DNA of 41,935 nt. It comes from Candidatus Omnitrophota bacterium. GTDB lineage: Bacteria; Omnitrophota; Omnitrophia; Omnitrophales; Aquincolibacteriaceae. The position numbers and the translations under genes were made by a program. Positions 33,201 through 41,801 of this stretch are shown in pieces. Each line of letters opens with the position of its first letter. Position 1 is the stretch's first letter. Location of the stretch: positions 1 to 41,935 of the forward strand of contig JAZDJU010000075.1 in assembly GCA_043803685.1 (NCBI GenBank). The letters are read 5' to 3'. The notes beneath the pieces are model-generated. The model worked only from the letters and a program-made list of their open reading frames with translations. It was not told the DNA's origin and ran no database searches.

Positions 33201-36200
33201 CCGAAAGTGCCATTCCTTGAATAGTGAAGTTCGACCGGCGTGAAAGTCCCGGTCGAAGTCCATTGGATCTTTGGCGTCGACCCCACGGCCCAGCTGATGC
33301 CGGCGTTCTCAGGCTGAGTCAACGCGAGCTTCCCCTTGATCCGGAACGCCTTGACCAGACCCGGATCATTTTTAACGTTCGTGTTCTCCCGGTGCCGGAT
33401 GCGGATCATAACGTCATTGCCGATCCTGTCGGGCACATCCCACGGGAACGTGTAGTCAGCCCCCTGCGGATTGATATTGGAAGGACCGCTATAGATCCTG
33501 TTTCCGGTGGGATAATCACCATCGGGATAGCTCAGCCCGCCGTTCGTGGAAAAATGGATTTCCACATTATCGACCGCCCCGAACTTCTGCCAGCGGATCG
33601 TGTAAACATCCCCGACTTCCATGGCAAGGGTTCCCGGGTCTACTTCATGACCGGTCGGCGCAATGAGTGTTACGGTCCCCTTGACCTCAAAAACAGAACT
33701 GATCCCCTCGACCGCGGTCTGCGTATTGGGCGTCACAGCCTTAACCTTGACCCGGCCCGTAAACCCGCTTGTCAGCGCTGTCGTCGCGGGATTCAATGGC
33801 CAATCATAAAAGTAATCGGCGCCATCCTTGCAGCCCGGCTCACAACCATCCGCAATATTGACCGGCGTCCCCGTGATCTTCACGTAGTGGTTGGCCGCCC
33901 CGTCATAGGAATACCAAACGTCTGCCGCCTGGAGATCGCCCTTCTTCGTGAACTTGATCCGCTGCGGAACGTTCACCCCCCACGACTCATTGCCCACGCT
34001 CGGATTCGTCACGGTCAACGCACCCAGGATCGCGAAATCACCCTCGGATTCGATCGCCGTCCCGGCCTCATTCAAGGGATCGAATTGCGTGATCCGGATC
34101 TGGTTCGTATTATTAAGATCGGCCAATGCTCTCGGAACCGGGTTCCAAACGTAGGTGCCTGTATTCTGGGCATTGTCCGTGATCAGGTTCCATGTCGGAC
34201 TCGGGTCTCCGGAATTATTCGTGTAATAGAGCGCAACCTTTGTGACGCCGGTCACCAGGTAATTGTTCCAAAGGATCGTGTATTCCTCTTCGGAATAGGC
34301 GGTATGCCCGTTTTCGGGATCCGTGATGTCGAACGGAGCTCCGATCTTGAAAAGCTGCGCGGCCGCAAGCGGCAATGTCTTCTGTTGCGTTCCGCCGACC
34401 GAATACACATCGGTTTCATTGTTCGCGTCCGTAATCTTGATCACGCCTTTGTTCGTCACCTTCCCGGGCATCGGACTCCACCGGTAGGTCATGACGCCCG
34501 TAGGACCGGTCTGAGCGACAGTCGTGAGCGGCGTATTGGTATCCCATTCATCGCCCGAACCGGCAATGCCATCAACGCCCAAGCCTTCGTTCAGATCATA
34601 ATAGATCTTCACATTCGCGATCGTTCCGTTGAATGACCATTCAATATCATTCGTCGTTGATTTCGCCATCCAGGTCATCGGGCTCACGGGCTTTGTGAGC
34701 GTAAGACCGCCGATGATCTTGAAATTTCCGGAATCAACCTTCACGTTCGGGTTCGCCGTGTCGATCACCCGGATCTTCACGAACCCGTTAACATCGGGAA
34801 CGTCATCCCATTCGGTCGATCCAGCGTTGTTGGAAACTGAAAGCCCCGCATGGATCGTTCCGGCAAAGGTGTTCGCGTTATTGAGGTCATACAACACATT
34901 CACGGTCGTGAGATACGTCCCGGTATAGGTGAACGCAATCGGATTATTGTTCGAGAAGGCGATGATCCGGAGATCCGTATTGATCGAGGGATCCAACGTG
35001 ATCTGGGGACGGATCGCGAACGTTGCCGATTCCATGCTCGCGTTCGTGTCATTCGGATATTCATCGAAAAAGATCTTGATCTTGACTATTTCGCTGAATT
35101 CATCCGCAACGCCATCAGCCCAAAGGAAGTTATTGACCCCGTTCGCGCAATCGAATTTGACCGGCTGTCCCGCCTGGACATGCCCCGTCTCGTACACCAC
35201 ATCGGTCCAACTGCCGCCCTGCACCAGATACTGGAACCGAACTTTAGGTAATGATCCGTCGGGCTTCGTCGAGCTTGTGGCCGAAAATGTGATCGTCCGC
35301 TGTTCCCCGACATACCAGACCGAAAGCCCCGATAGCAACGGAGAGGTAATACCCGTAATCTTCGGCCGGAGCCCGAAGGTCGCAGTCGAAATGTCCGAAA
35401 GCTCGGTCCCGGCCGGAGCCCCGACATTGCTGACCTTGACCCGGTAATCTTCCGAAACCTTGAGTGCGGTCGAAGTGGTCCAGACCGGGTTCAACGAGTT
35501 GGTCCCGTCGTTACCGGGAGGGAACGACGGATCGAGGGTCACAAGATCGGAAGAATCCCCCTTGGCCGTATGCTGAATAAGCAGGTTCCCGATCGTCCCA
35601 AGCTTGGTCCACGAGATCGGGATCTGGTCACCGATATAGAAGGTCTGAGGCGAATCGTCCGGTGTCTGGAGATCCAGTGTTCCTTTAATAATGTTGGAAT
35701 GGGTCGGATTCACGTAATTTGAATCACGATAAGTGTTGAGGTTGTTGTAGTCTGAAATACGGAAAATAACTTTGTTGGAGATCGTATCAGGAATGATCAT
35801 GGGTGAGGCCGAGGGCCCCCAGGTCCAGGTCCTTCCGATACCATCCGCGATCCCGTCCACGCCTCCCGCGGGCGTGATCTCGATCCAGGACGGCGGTCCC
35901 GACATCACATAGCTGTATTCCACTTTGAATTTGAGGAAGCTACCGAGAGGCTCCCAACGGATCTGTTTGAACCCGCCGACCACAAGGTCCGTCGCGTTCG
36001 TGGGAGTCACATTGTTGATCGAACCGCTGACCTGAAATCCCCCCGTGGAGATGCCGACGGAGATACCGCGCTGCTGTTGTGGATCATCCGCCTTGACCTT
36101 CATTTTTCCGCTGAATCCCGCTGTCAAATTGGCATCCACGGGGATCATCGGCCACTGCCAGACAATGTTCGTGTCATCCGGCTGCGCCGATATATCCACC

Positions 36201-39200
36201 AATCCGCTGATATCTTCCTCGTCGGAAAAATCGCCCAGCGCCGAATACATGACAATGACATTTTTGATCGCACCGGTCTTTTTGAAGATGACCTCGCGGT
36301 TGATATCCGCAAGTCCCCACCGCTCCGCGTCCGACTGGTCGCCTTTCGGGAACACCACCGTGATCGGGGCCTTGATCACGAACGCAGTCCCGGCCCCTAA
36401 GGTTTGAACATCCGCGTTATCAGGATCTGCCTGGGTGATCCTTAAACGGAGATCGGCTTGAAGATCTTCATAGGTTTTCGGAACACGCCAGATAGCGGCG
36501 CCGGTGTTGCCGACCGCGTTCAGGGGAAGACCGGCAGAATCGAGCGCGGGATTCCATGTTCTGGCACCAGAGTAATTGTTGGAATATTCCAGTTTCATTT
36601 TGGTGTTAGACGAAGGTCCCTTATCTTTCACCCAGGTAATTTCATAGTCGGTCCCCGCGGTAATGGTCTGCCCATTCGACGGAAGGAGATTGCTTACCAG
36701 GGCACCGCGTTTGAATTCCGTGCCTTCGCTGGAAACGTAGGTCATGCTACTGGTCAATTCGTTATTATTGATCAGAATGCTTGCCGTATTCAGCACCATA
36801 TCATCGTTCGTTCCCCCGGCCGGCCATGTATAATTGCAAGCGCCTCCTCCGCAATATGTCGCGGCCGCCACGTTGTCCGCGATCAGCACATAGTCATCCG
36901 GAAATGTCGCCGCTCCGGCAACGATACTGTAATAAATGTCAAAATTAACGATCGACCCGGTATACTGCCAGCTGATATCCATATCCGTTTCAGCGGTTCT
37001 ATTGACTCCGCCTTGAGGAACCTGGAAGGTGATCCCGCCGCGGATCGTGAATTTATCGCTCACAGCGTTCACCAACTCATATCCCGCCTCCGCGTCCTGA
37101 ACCTTGATCTTCACAAGCGATCCGATCGAGTTCGGCACTGTCCACGTATATCCCGTTGTCCCCACTCCCACCGCCACAGGGACGCCCCCGTTGATCGGCG
37201 TCGGATCCCAATTCACGCCATCCTGCGCGTAATAGATGTTCACTTCATCCACGCCCGTCCCTTGAGTCTGGCTCCACTTGATCAGATTATTGTAAGTCGC
37301 TTGCACCGTAAATTGTTGATCCAGAGTCGGAGCGTCCATTCGCAGGATCGGCAGGATCTTGAAGGTGTAAGGCGTCGTAAAAGTCGTCTCAGGATAATTC
37401 ACATCCGTGATGCGGATCTGCACGCCGTTCGTTTTCACGTCCGCGGGGATCCCGCTCGTCCAGTCGTACGTGTTCGCGCCATTCACATGCCCGCCGGAAT
37501 CCGCCACGACGTCACGCCAACCCGTTCCGTCATAAAACTCAATGTGCACGTTTGTCACTGTTCCCGTCGCGCTCCACACGATCTGACGGTTCGTATCCCC
37601 CGCATTCCACGTCACACCGCTTGCCGGACTCGTGATCTGCGTAATCTGCCCCACGATCTTGAACGTGCCGCCCGTCATCGCGGCCACTTCCGTCGGGGAA
37701 TCCTTCACGCGAACACGGAACTTCACCTGTCCGCTGATCTCGTCAGGCACCAGCCAATCATAGGTCCCCTGAACTCCTTCCGCGGTATTACTCGCCGTGG
37801 GAGGAACCGTATCCAAAACATCCGGAGCGCCAAAGCTTCCGCTCCCGCTCTTGTCAAAATCGAAAGTCACAAGCTGCCGATAACTGCCCGGATAAGTGCC
37901 CGTCGGCGTCCACTTCACATTGTAATGCTGACCCACGAACACGTGCGTCACCGTATCGTTTGGCCAATCCAGAGCGAGTGAACCGTAGATCTCGATGTTA
38001 TCGCTCGACTCTGCCTCCACCGTATCATTGCCTGCGTCCTGGACACGGACACGCACCTGATTGCCGATCTTATCCGGGATCGACCACTGATAGCAGGGCA
38101 CCGGAACGCAACCGTTCTGGCCGTTCGTCGCACTCACCGTTGCGATCAGATTCTGCGGATCGGGATAGGTCCCGCCGCTTTCCTCCCCGCCGTTCGTCGA
38201 ATAATGGAGTTTCACGTCCTGGATCGCACCGTAGGGCGTCCACTGGATCTTGTACACTGGGCCCCCGTACCTCAGCGCCACACCCACTCCCGTCGGCGCA
38301 CCCAACGTGAGAGAGCCTTTCACCTCAACGCGCCCGGGGTTCTGCGTGCCAATCACCGTCGCCTGCGATCCGGGATCCACGGCCTTCACCCGGATGCGCC
38401 CCGCATATCCTGCCGTCAGAGGCGTCGAACCGATGATGCTCCAGTCAAAATAATAATCACTCCCGTCCTTGCACCCCGGCTCGCAACCATCCGCGATATT
38501 GACTGCCACCGTGTTGATCTTGTACCCGGTCCCGGCATTCTCGGAGAAATCCCCGAGCGGAGAATAATAAACATCCACCGAGTGAATATCGCCCGTCTTC
38601 GTCCACTTGATCCGCTCCGTCGTGTTCGCATCCCACGAAACGTTATTCGTCGGATACGTCACCGTCAGCTTTGAATTGATCTTGATCTGGCTCCCCGTCC
38701 CGATTGCGATCGCTCCCACCTCATCAGCCGTAAAATTGTCGAGGTCTGTCGCAGGAGTCGTTTCATAGAACTGAACGATCCTCACCCTCTGATCCGTCGA
38801 AACAAGGTCCGCATAACCCCGGGGGATCGGGTTCCAGTCAAAAGCCGTCAGCGCGCCGCCCACACCGTTCACGTCCGTCACTCGGATCCATGTCGGGGGC
38901 GCGGCTTCAGAATTATTCGTATAATAAACATGCCATTTGTAAAGACCCGTCCCCGCCGTCTTGTTCCACGTCACCTGCGTGTTCGGATCTTCCGAGTAGA
39001 TCACCGTCCCGTTGACAGGCGACGTCACGCTTGCCGCCGCGATCACCTTGAACAGGGGACTCACGGACGCCGTCCTCAACCCGGTGTCCGGATCCTGGAC
39101 CTCCAACCGGATCCGGTAACGAGCGCCCACCAGCGTCACCGCAGGATCCACGCTCAGATCCCAATTCAAAGTGGAAGACCCGCTCGCACCGTTCCCCGTC

Positions 39201-41794
39201 TGGTCCTTCGAGCCGATCAACGTCCAGCTATCCGAAGCGTCATCAGGATCGTAATACACGTTCACCGTACGGTTCGATCCCCAAAAATTCCACGAGATCG
39301 TGTTCGTCGCAGAACTCGCCACGAGCTTCTGGTTCAACACAGGGGCCGTGAGCACCACATTCCCGGCGATCTTGAACTGAGGAGATTCCCCCTGCGATGC
39401 GTTAAAATCCATATCGATCACCTTGACCGTCACGGTATTCCCGATCACATCCGGAACATTGGTCCATGTCACCCCAGTCGCGCCGTTACCCGCAGGAACA
39501 TCCGTCGCGATCAATCCATCCCCGGGATAATAGCGGACTTCGACTTTACGGTTCGTGGTGCTCCCCGAATAGGTCCACTTGATCAGGTTCGGATAGGTCT
39601 GACCTACCAAAAGACTTGTGCTCGCGTCCGGCGTCGGCGTCACCACAACCTTCGGGCGAACTGTGAATTGGGCAGGAGCCCCAAGAAGGTCGGTATTAAT
39701 CGAGGTGTAATCATTATAAGAGATCTTGATACGGACCGTACTGTTGCGAAGGTCGGCCATCGGGGTCCACAAAAGGCTATGCCCGCCCTGTCCGCAAGCT
39801 GCCGCATCACCACCGGGCACCGTAAAATAATCCGCTCCATTCGTCGAGTACTCAACAATGCAGGTCGGAACAACATTACCGGACTTCGTACCGCTCTTCG
39901 AAACCCATTCGATCGTCTGACCGGTATCCGTATCGGTTGCGTACCAAAGAGTTGAAACCGTCGGATTGTCCAGGGAGGTAAAATTGGGACGGATCTTGAA
40001 TAGAGCGCTCAATGCCTCGAGCTGTGTGCCCGCAGGAGCGCTCAAATTGGTCATCCGGATCCTGCTTGTGTCGGAGATCTTGCGATTGGCGCCAATGATC
40101 CCTGCCACCCAGGCGTAATTGCTGACACCATTACTGCCTGAAAAATACGCGTTCTCGATCGTATAAACGTTCCCGCCCGAGTAATCCCCCGCCGTGAATG
40201 TCCCGGTCGTCGAGTATTCGATCTTGAGGTCCCCGATCGATCCCGTCTTGTCCCACTGGATCGAAGGCGTCGGCGTATTCCCAACCGTCCAGATATCCGT
40301 CACGATCGGTGACGGGATCGAAAGTTTACCGCGGATATAGCTGGCGACAGGAGAAACGCTGTTCGCGTTCGAGTTGTTATAATCTGAAACTCTGAAAAGA
40401 ACATTATTGGAAATGGTATCCAACACCGGATTCCAGGTCCACTTCTTCGCGCCGCCGCCTGCGTCATCACCATCCACACCACCCGCCGGGGTGATCTCAA
40501 CCCATGTCGGCCCCCCGGTCATCACATGGCTGTATTCAACTTTATATTTCAGAATAGCGCCCGTAGGCACCCACCCGATATCCGTCTGGTCTCCGACCCG
40601 AATGTTCGTCAGATCTCCGGAAGGCGTCACACTGTTAACGGAACCGCGGATCTGGAAGCCTCCGCCCGAGATCCCCTGGGCATTATTCGTTTTCTGAGGC
40701 GTTGGCGTCTCCGCTTTCACTTTGATCCTGGAGTTGAACCCGGCCGTTGAAAGAGGCGTGTTGGCCGGAATACTGTTCCAGGTCCAGGTGTATTCTGCAT
40801 TATCCGCGAGCGCCGACACATCGATCGGTCCCGCCGTATTGATCGGGGCGGCTTCATAGTTGGTCCCATCCGGCGCGTAATAGATATTCACGGTCTGGAG
40901 AGCGCCCTGCTTTGTAAATTTGATGTCATGAGCTTCCAGGAGTCCCCACGACTCGCTCCCGGAGCCTGTGGGCGCTGTCACATTGATCGCCGCACGGATA
41001 CAAAAAGTTTCAGTGCTGATCAAAGTCACGGCGCTGTTGTCAGGATTGACCTGTGTGATACGAAGCTTTACGTCCGCATTCAGATCATTCAAAGTTCCCG
41101 GCACGGTCGGCCAGATAAAACTTCCGTCGTTATCGGTTCCCGCGATAAGTTCATTCCATGTCGGAGGACCGCCCTGCGCGTTGTTCGTATACTCAACCTT
41201 CATCTGGGTCGTCGTGACCAACCCTTTCAGTTTCGTCCACTGGATCTCGGATGTCGTGGACCCGACCGGGATGAAAGGACCGTTAAAAACCGTAAGATTG
41301 CTGACGGACGCGCCGCGTTTGAATTCCGTACCTTCGGCGGCCACATAAAGCAGGCTGCTGGTCGCCGTGTTGTTATTGACCAGAATGCTCGCTGTATTCA
41401 GCACCGCGTCGGTATTGCTCGTTTCATCCGCCGGCCACGTATAAGAGCAGCTACCGCCCGAACAGGCGGTCGCGGCAGCGACGTTGTCGGCGATCTGCAC
41501 ATAGTCGTCTGGGAATGTTCCCGCCCCTGGCACAATGCTGTAATAAATATCAAAATTCACCATGGAACCTGTATAGGTCCATGCGATATCCATCGCCGTA
41601 TCCGCCGCCCTGTTCTCTCCGTTATCAGGTGCATCGAACGTGATGCCGCCGCGGATCGTAAATTTGGACGACATCGCATTCACAGCTTCGAATCCAAGCG
41701 CTGCGTCCTGCACCTTGATCTTCACAAGGTCGCTGATCGCGTTCGGGATCGTCCAGGTATAACCCGTCGTTCCAACACCTACCGCCACAGGCAC
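24266..41794 (-). CDS. Giant repetitive membrane-anchored surface protein (adhesin-like; >5,842 aa, N-terminus outside the window)
   Basis: Dozens of ~120-aa modules with pattern (I/V)TxPxGxxxWxxG...IxW...V.L.YS.......W..P...S...(K/R)IRI; short Cys-Cys loops; C-terminal coiled coils; TM WFIIFAILVFIGLLGVVFFFTW and a ~35 aa tail. The GTG at 41794 is not a true start. Confidence 0.9.
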   Translation of the reverse strand: MPVAVGVGTTGYTWTIPNAISDLVKIKVQDAALGFEAVNAMSSKFTIRGGITFDAPDNGENRAADTAMDIAWTYTGSMVNFDIYYSIVPGAGTFPDDYVQIADNVAAATACSGGSCSYTWPADETSNTDAVLNTASILVNNNTATSSLLYVAAEGTEFKRGASVSNLTVFNGPFIPVGSTTSEIQWTKLKGLVTTTQMKVEYTNNAQGGPPTWNELIAGTDNDGSFIWPTVPGTLNDLNADVKLRITQVNPDNSAVTLISTETFCIRAAINVTAPTGSGSESWGLLEAHDIKFTKQGALQTVNIYYAPDGTNYEAAPINTAGPIDVSALADNAEYTWTWNSIPANTPLSTAGFNSRIKVKAETPTPQKTNNAQGISGGGFQIRGSVNSVTPSGDLTNIRVGDQTDIGWVPTGAILKYKVEYSHVMTGGPTWVEITPAGGVDGDDAGGGAKKWTWNPVLDTISNNVLFRVSDYNNSNANSVSPVASYIRGKLSIPSPIVTDIWTVGNTPTPSIQWDKTGSIGDLKIEYSTTGTFTAGDYSGGNVYTIENAYFSGSNGVSNYAWVAGIIGANRKISDTSRIRMTNLSAPAGTQLEALSALFKIRPNFTSLDNPTVSTLWYATDTDTGQTIEWVSKSGTKSGNVVPTCIVEYSTNGADYFTVPGGDAAACGQGGHSLLWTPMADLRNSTVRIKISYNDYTSINTDLLGAPAQFTVRPKVVVTPTPDASTSLLVGQTYPNLIKWTYSGSTTNRKVEVRYYPGDGLIATDVPAGNGATGVTWTNVPDVIGNTVTVKVIDMDFNASQGESPQFKIAGNVVLTAPVLNQKLVASSATNTISWNFWGSNRTVNVYYDPDDASDSWTLIGSKDQTGNGASGSSTLNWDLSVDPAVTLVGARYRIRLEVQDPDTGLRTASVSPLFKVIAAASVTSPVNGTVIYSEDPNTQVTWNKTAGTGLYKWHVYYTNNSEAAPPTWIRVTDVNGVGGALTAFDWNPIPRGYADLVSTDQRVRIVQFYETTPATDLDNFTADEVGAIAIGTGSQIKINSKLTVTYPTNNVSWDANTTERIKWTKTGDIHSVDVYYSPLGDFSENAGTGYKINTVAVNIADGCEPGCKDGSDYYFDWSIIGSTPLTAGYAGRIRVKAVDPGSQATVIGTQNPGRVEVKGSLTLGAPTGVGVALRYGGPVYKIQWTPYGAIQDVKLHYSTNGGEESGGTYPDPQNLIATVSATNGQNGCVPVPCYQWSIPDKIGNQVRVRVQDAGNDTVEAESSDNIEIYGSLALDWPNDTVTHVFVGQHYNVKWTPTGTYPGSYRQLVTFDFDKSGSGSFGAPDVLDTVPPTASNTAEGVQGTYDWLVPDEISGQVKFRVRVKDSPTEVAAMTGGTFKIVGQITQITSPASGVTWNAGDTNRQIVWSATGTVTNVHIEFYDGTGWRDVVADSGGHVNGANTYDWTSGIPADVKTNGVQIRITDVNYPETTFTTPYTFKILPILRMDAPTLDQQFTVQATYNNLIKWSQTQGTGVDEVNIYYAQDGVNWDPTPINGGVPVAVGVGTTGYTWTVPNSIGSLVKIKVQDAEAGYELVNAVSDKFTIRGGITFQVPQGGVNRTAETDMDISWQYTGSIVNFDIYYSIVAGAATFPDDYVLIADNVAAATYCGGGACNYTWPAGGTNDDMVLNTASILINNNELTSSMTYVSSEGTEFKRGALVSNLLPSNGQTITAGTDYEITWVKDKGPSSNTKMKLEYSNNYSGARTWNPALDSAGLPLNAVGNTGAAIWRVPKTYEDLQADLRLRITQADPDNADVQTLGAGTAFVIKAPITVVFPKGDQSDAERWGLADINREVIFKKTGAIKNVIVMYSALGDFSDEEDISGLVDISAQPDDTNIVWQWPMIPVDANLTAGFSGKMKVKADDPQQQRGISVGISTGGFQVSGSINNVTPTNATDLVVGGFKQIRWEPLGSFLKFKVEYSYVMSGPPSWIEITPAGGVDGIADGIGRTWTWGPSASPMIIPDTISNKVIFRISDYNNLNTYRDSNYVNPTHSNIIKGTLDLQTPDDSPQTFYIGDQIPISWTKLGTIGNLLIQHTAKGDSSDLVTLDPSFPPGNDGTNSLNPVWTTSTALKVSEDYRVKVSNVGAPAGTELSDISTATFGLRPKITGITSPLLSGLSVWYVGEQRTITFSATSSTKPDGSLPKVRFQYLVQGGSWTDVVYETGHVQAGQPVKFDCANGVNNFLWADGVADEFSEIVKIKIFFDEYPNDTNASMESATFAIRPQITLDPSINTDLRIIAFSNNNPIAFTYTGTYLTTVNVLYDLNNANTFAGTIHAGLSVSNNAGSTEWDDVPDVNGFVKIRVIDTANPNVKVDSGNFKIIGGLTLTKPVSPMTWMAKSTTNDIEWSFNGTIANVKIYYDLNEGLGVDGIAGSGDEWDTNTPLTTVAQTGPTGVMTYRWSPMPGKVTNKGVIKITDANNETDVYSVGGTQQKTLPLAAAQLFKIGAPFDITDPENGHTAYSEEEYTILWNNYLVTGVTKVALYYTNNSGDPSPTWNLITDNAQNTGTYVWNPVPRALADLNNTNQIRITQFDPLNEAGTAIESEGDFAILGALTVTNPSVGNESWGVNVPQRIKFTKKGDLQAADVWYSYDGAANHYVKITGTPVNIADGCEPGCKDGADYFYDWPLNPATTALTSGFTGRVKVKAVTPNTQTAVEGISSVFEVKGTVTLIAPTGHEVDPGTLAMEVGDVYTIRWQKFGAVDNVEIHFSTNGGLSYPDGDYPTGNRIYSGPSNINPQGADYTFPWDVPDRIGNDVMIRIRHRENTNVKNDPGLVKAFRIKGKLALTQPENAGISWAVGSTPKIQWTSTGTFTPVELHYSRNGTFGAGDVFVVKPDTIVTNCTPQVGQITCNGEANFEIEDQISAAAKVRIRGTGTQADVQYVSTNPFKIVGALDITAPESGQIWYVGETNKNITWDASGTITNVNIGYKTSFAGACNYTNIVSGDAGHASGSNTYVWPNIADERTETAYICIQDVAFPEIVNVSAAPFKIRPQITVTTPVSGTRVKVGSDNPDLIKFSVTGTKTQLVDIVYSENNGTDGYPHTIASDVVVTEGIAGVDWNDVADTITPTAKIKVVDKASTGEVVFGLSPDTFKIVGSVVLTAPPEAPPAEKIMLKKGQNYLIQWDKTGSFADVTIWYSIGGGAFNNQIKDQTPAVNKQFLWSNVPNTTSSNIVVRISDYTDPETVSFSAPIAIQSTLNITSPDNGEVWAVGESEDVVWTTDGTTLRVKLEYSTNGGGETGNWQDVIGAENILNGGVKAWTIPNSISNTVKVRVIDIADTDNWNESAETFKIRPNFRILSPNGNADPGLTDKLTVCPDPCTNKTPISWSVAGTVTTVKLQYSVDGGAYTDIPGAVSLDSSGYIDTPLVKSWDWAVPDSISDEVRVRVVYESDTTNYESSDYDFTIQGQLAFNPALPEAGDGTWYVGETKTITWAKTGTVPLIKLQYSKTSDTTGFIDIDTNLGGTTYPWVIPSDLSGTNPIDPSVWIRAVNMNADKPTIMAVSGPIDLRGQFMITSPIVTDQWEVDSSHAIQWTPYGTMGTIKLEYSTDDFVTPMPVTGPGGESAANLAAGVHEVPQSFTWKIPTNISNNVKIRISTNTVGQADVTASPVFKIVGGYKILTPNGAANQYFEVDGSTPITWERHGAIANAKLEYSTNGFSNEDEVFPIITVPGSDGSYSWDPVPNAIGKNVKIRISDPLYNGTTVFTSSDVSDAVFEIRGAIDIDFPVGGEIFLITDDQTVQWTKHGSMPAVKVEYDSDPADAFDFTDPATGDPNYIKNASGTSASSVAGTSFSWRIPDRKSLNKTRIKITNLSDPTNVFTVTPFFTVRGGFSWIDPVTTDQVFEVGSTGVLRWSTFGTIPNIDLQYSTNNDFSYNPMLVNNNPVTPATAVLNENTFNWIVPDTISKNVFLKIKDSTDPDAVTRTVKVRVAGKIYIDQPDSTQRWGVGDTKNITWHMDGSISNLKIEYSINDGATWIDPPISASIVGSVGTKSWLIPAFVTPTAKIRISDLITDSGATPAVTDAFKIVGSFSFTAPANGDTWYVTEGGIANPTRNIVWATQGLVPSVNLRYSKTGAAPWTLINTGGPIADGGSGGSYAWTVPDAISSSVKILIEDSADNETNLTSPAFSIAGDFQITAPAGAADKWGVNSIKNITWLKNGTDWSNDLVKKNMVYLFYSTDGTTGPWVPILNPLRGDYYVSNTGLFAWTIPDNLSPNSRIQIQNVDGPSVMRNSPANFKIMARFDVTAPDGGETVMAGPTTTITWNKWGTGVNNVRIDLALNGDDAEPTFDKLIAANTANDGSHPWAVSVDHVSPTAKIRISDLNDIDTANTSATSFIIRATFTMDPNIGSVPVEIGETYNIFWTKQGNIPNVKLTYSPDNFFSDTRMIEPTADGIVPNTDSCTSNPTMGCYSWVVPDIEDNKDVGVKLKVADPNDLDAEAISNVFSIIPKFRITFPNGNANSALTDKLKVGTPYTITWTSSSAQLKTPQVMLAYTTTGGAPYDKAITTTENDGSYNWVTANGGVPDDISNQVKIRVMDASDSVATDSSDFNLQIVSDFVVSAPNGGATYEVGDPFTIAWTNKGRVETVGLSYGTAGVDFASPVVIDNAYDNGSDFGNTYSWTIPNAIGTNVRVRVRSTTDEGFDISDTSFRVRGKLVSTLPSSTDKLPIGQSFTLQWTSYGTMPNVKLHYDTANGTGGFPNEISASTPNCTPSAPALTCVGSFVWNNIPDTPAAQARVRITDARSEESDVLGISDAFQIVGNLTVVTPNGGQDWRVNESRNIVWTWGGSIPVVKLYYTKEVGDPETVNWTEIDSGTVKDYSGDGLQQNGANNTIQRQYAWSVPDDISPTVRVKIADATNVGVYDVSNATFKIRGDFVVTSPNGNANIDLAERWVTSIFATGEGQNITWTANGTIPNVKLEYSSDDFGSDIHLIDASAPNCTPSGPGVPCTGSYYWEIPDAVLKDQGGKYVGPNLMKVRISDINDAEVTDVSDNSFKIDYYQVKWVIRDLGTYNLMSDLTVSEVKSTDPNLGIWQESGLAAAQPDPDGYTRIQPTPAGVWAATWSKTGYGDMLQLASLSKNNPLQDPPLALDPTYLLLMETTAVHIYISESRYTYDPVSDRLDVVVWLSRDGSLMTGTVNARMYIYKGVDLVTGGPIDLAKIGTDTGMFGATLTAVSDPNGAYKLQAGLTYVVKAQTQIASQVPNNVWYQTPNSFEITTPSKLQEVLDEVHRVLDKPMSEVAEELNQTLANQTQVIQETLAEQTETIQEEMANQTNLIQTAVNDFTESVQESLVALEEGAKASQEAGEQLKATAERFSWKTSSTPNPALAGDTVTIAAQGLPGLFPVLSIYNFANKVVVASGALVETKSNPGNYSFTFKADPGTFQAGKAYTFIVSEDTTGGLVAGSGFVESTSLTTIAGLVASAPGAEEAAKKALDIVKGIEAAMAKGGADVDGVKDQIYKLKTVIEDLPGKFVDLMKKDGTMGDVKNSVNAISTQLTTLAGDQGYDISQLMSQAISSAPSIKDLRKKSDAIRDGVDIVQKTIEAKLGGSEEPLVLVSYTSGSVVIRVIVANPSEKKTQEVPVKVYLPQETKPDDVMDKGDLDFGYDEKKAVYFVYKDKVLLAPKETRVFEVELKDIWFIPDETLNGLRTQTEKIMKRIEGTPYFDQAKLIADTIFGRLDRVATSQADESVNKELHIGLYRANLIVIDNVKADIAKLEKMLVAVGAPPAPELLAESKLNLKTPSRATTWFIIFAILVFIGLLGVVFFFTWQSQVKETHEFPEDKDGTKPSGSDGDSGQKPPNAK

Positions 41795-41801
41795 CCCCCC
41801 C

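Noticed and set aside
24266..41794. Giant protein as an RTX/T1SS substrate, autotransporter, CdiA or NRPS/PKS
   Set aside because: No GGxGxD arrays, C-terminal beta-barrel, hemagglutinin repeats or synthase motifs are visible; it ends in a single TM helix.
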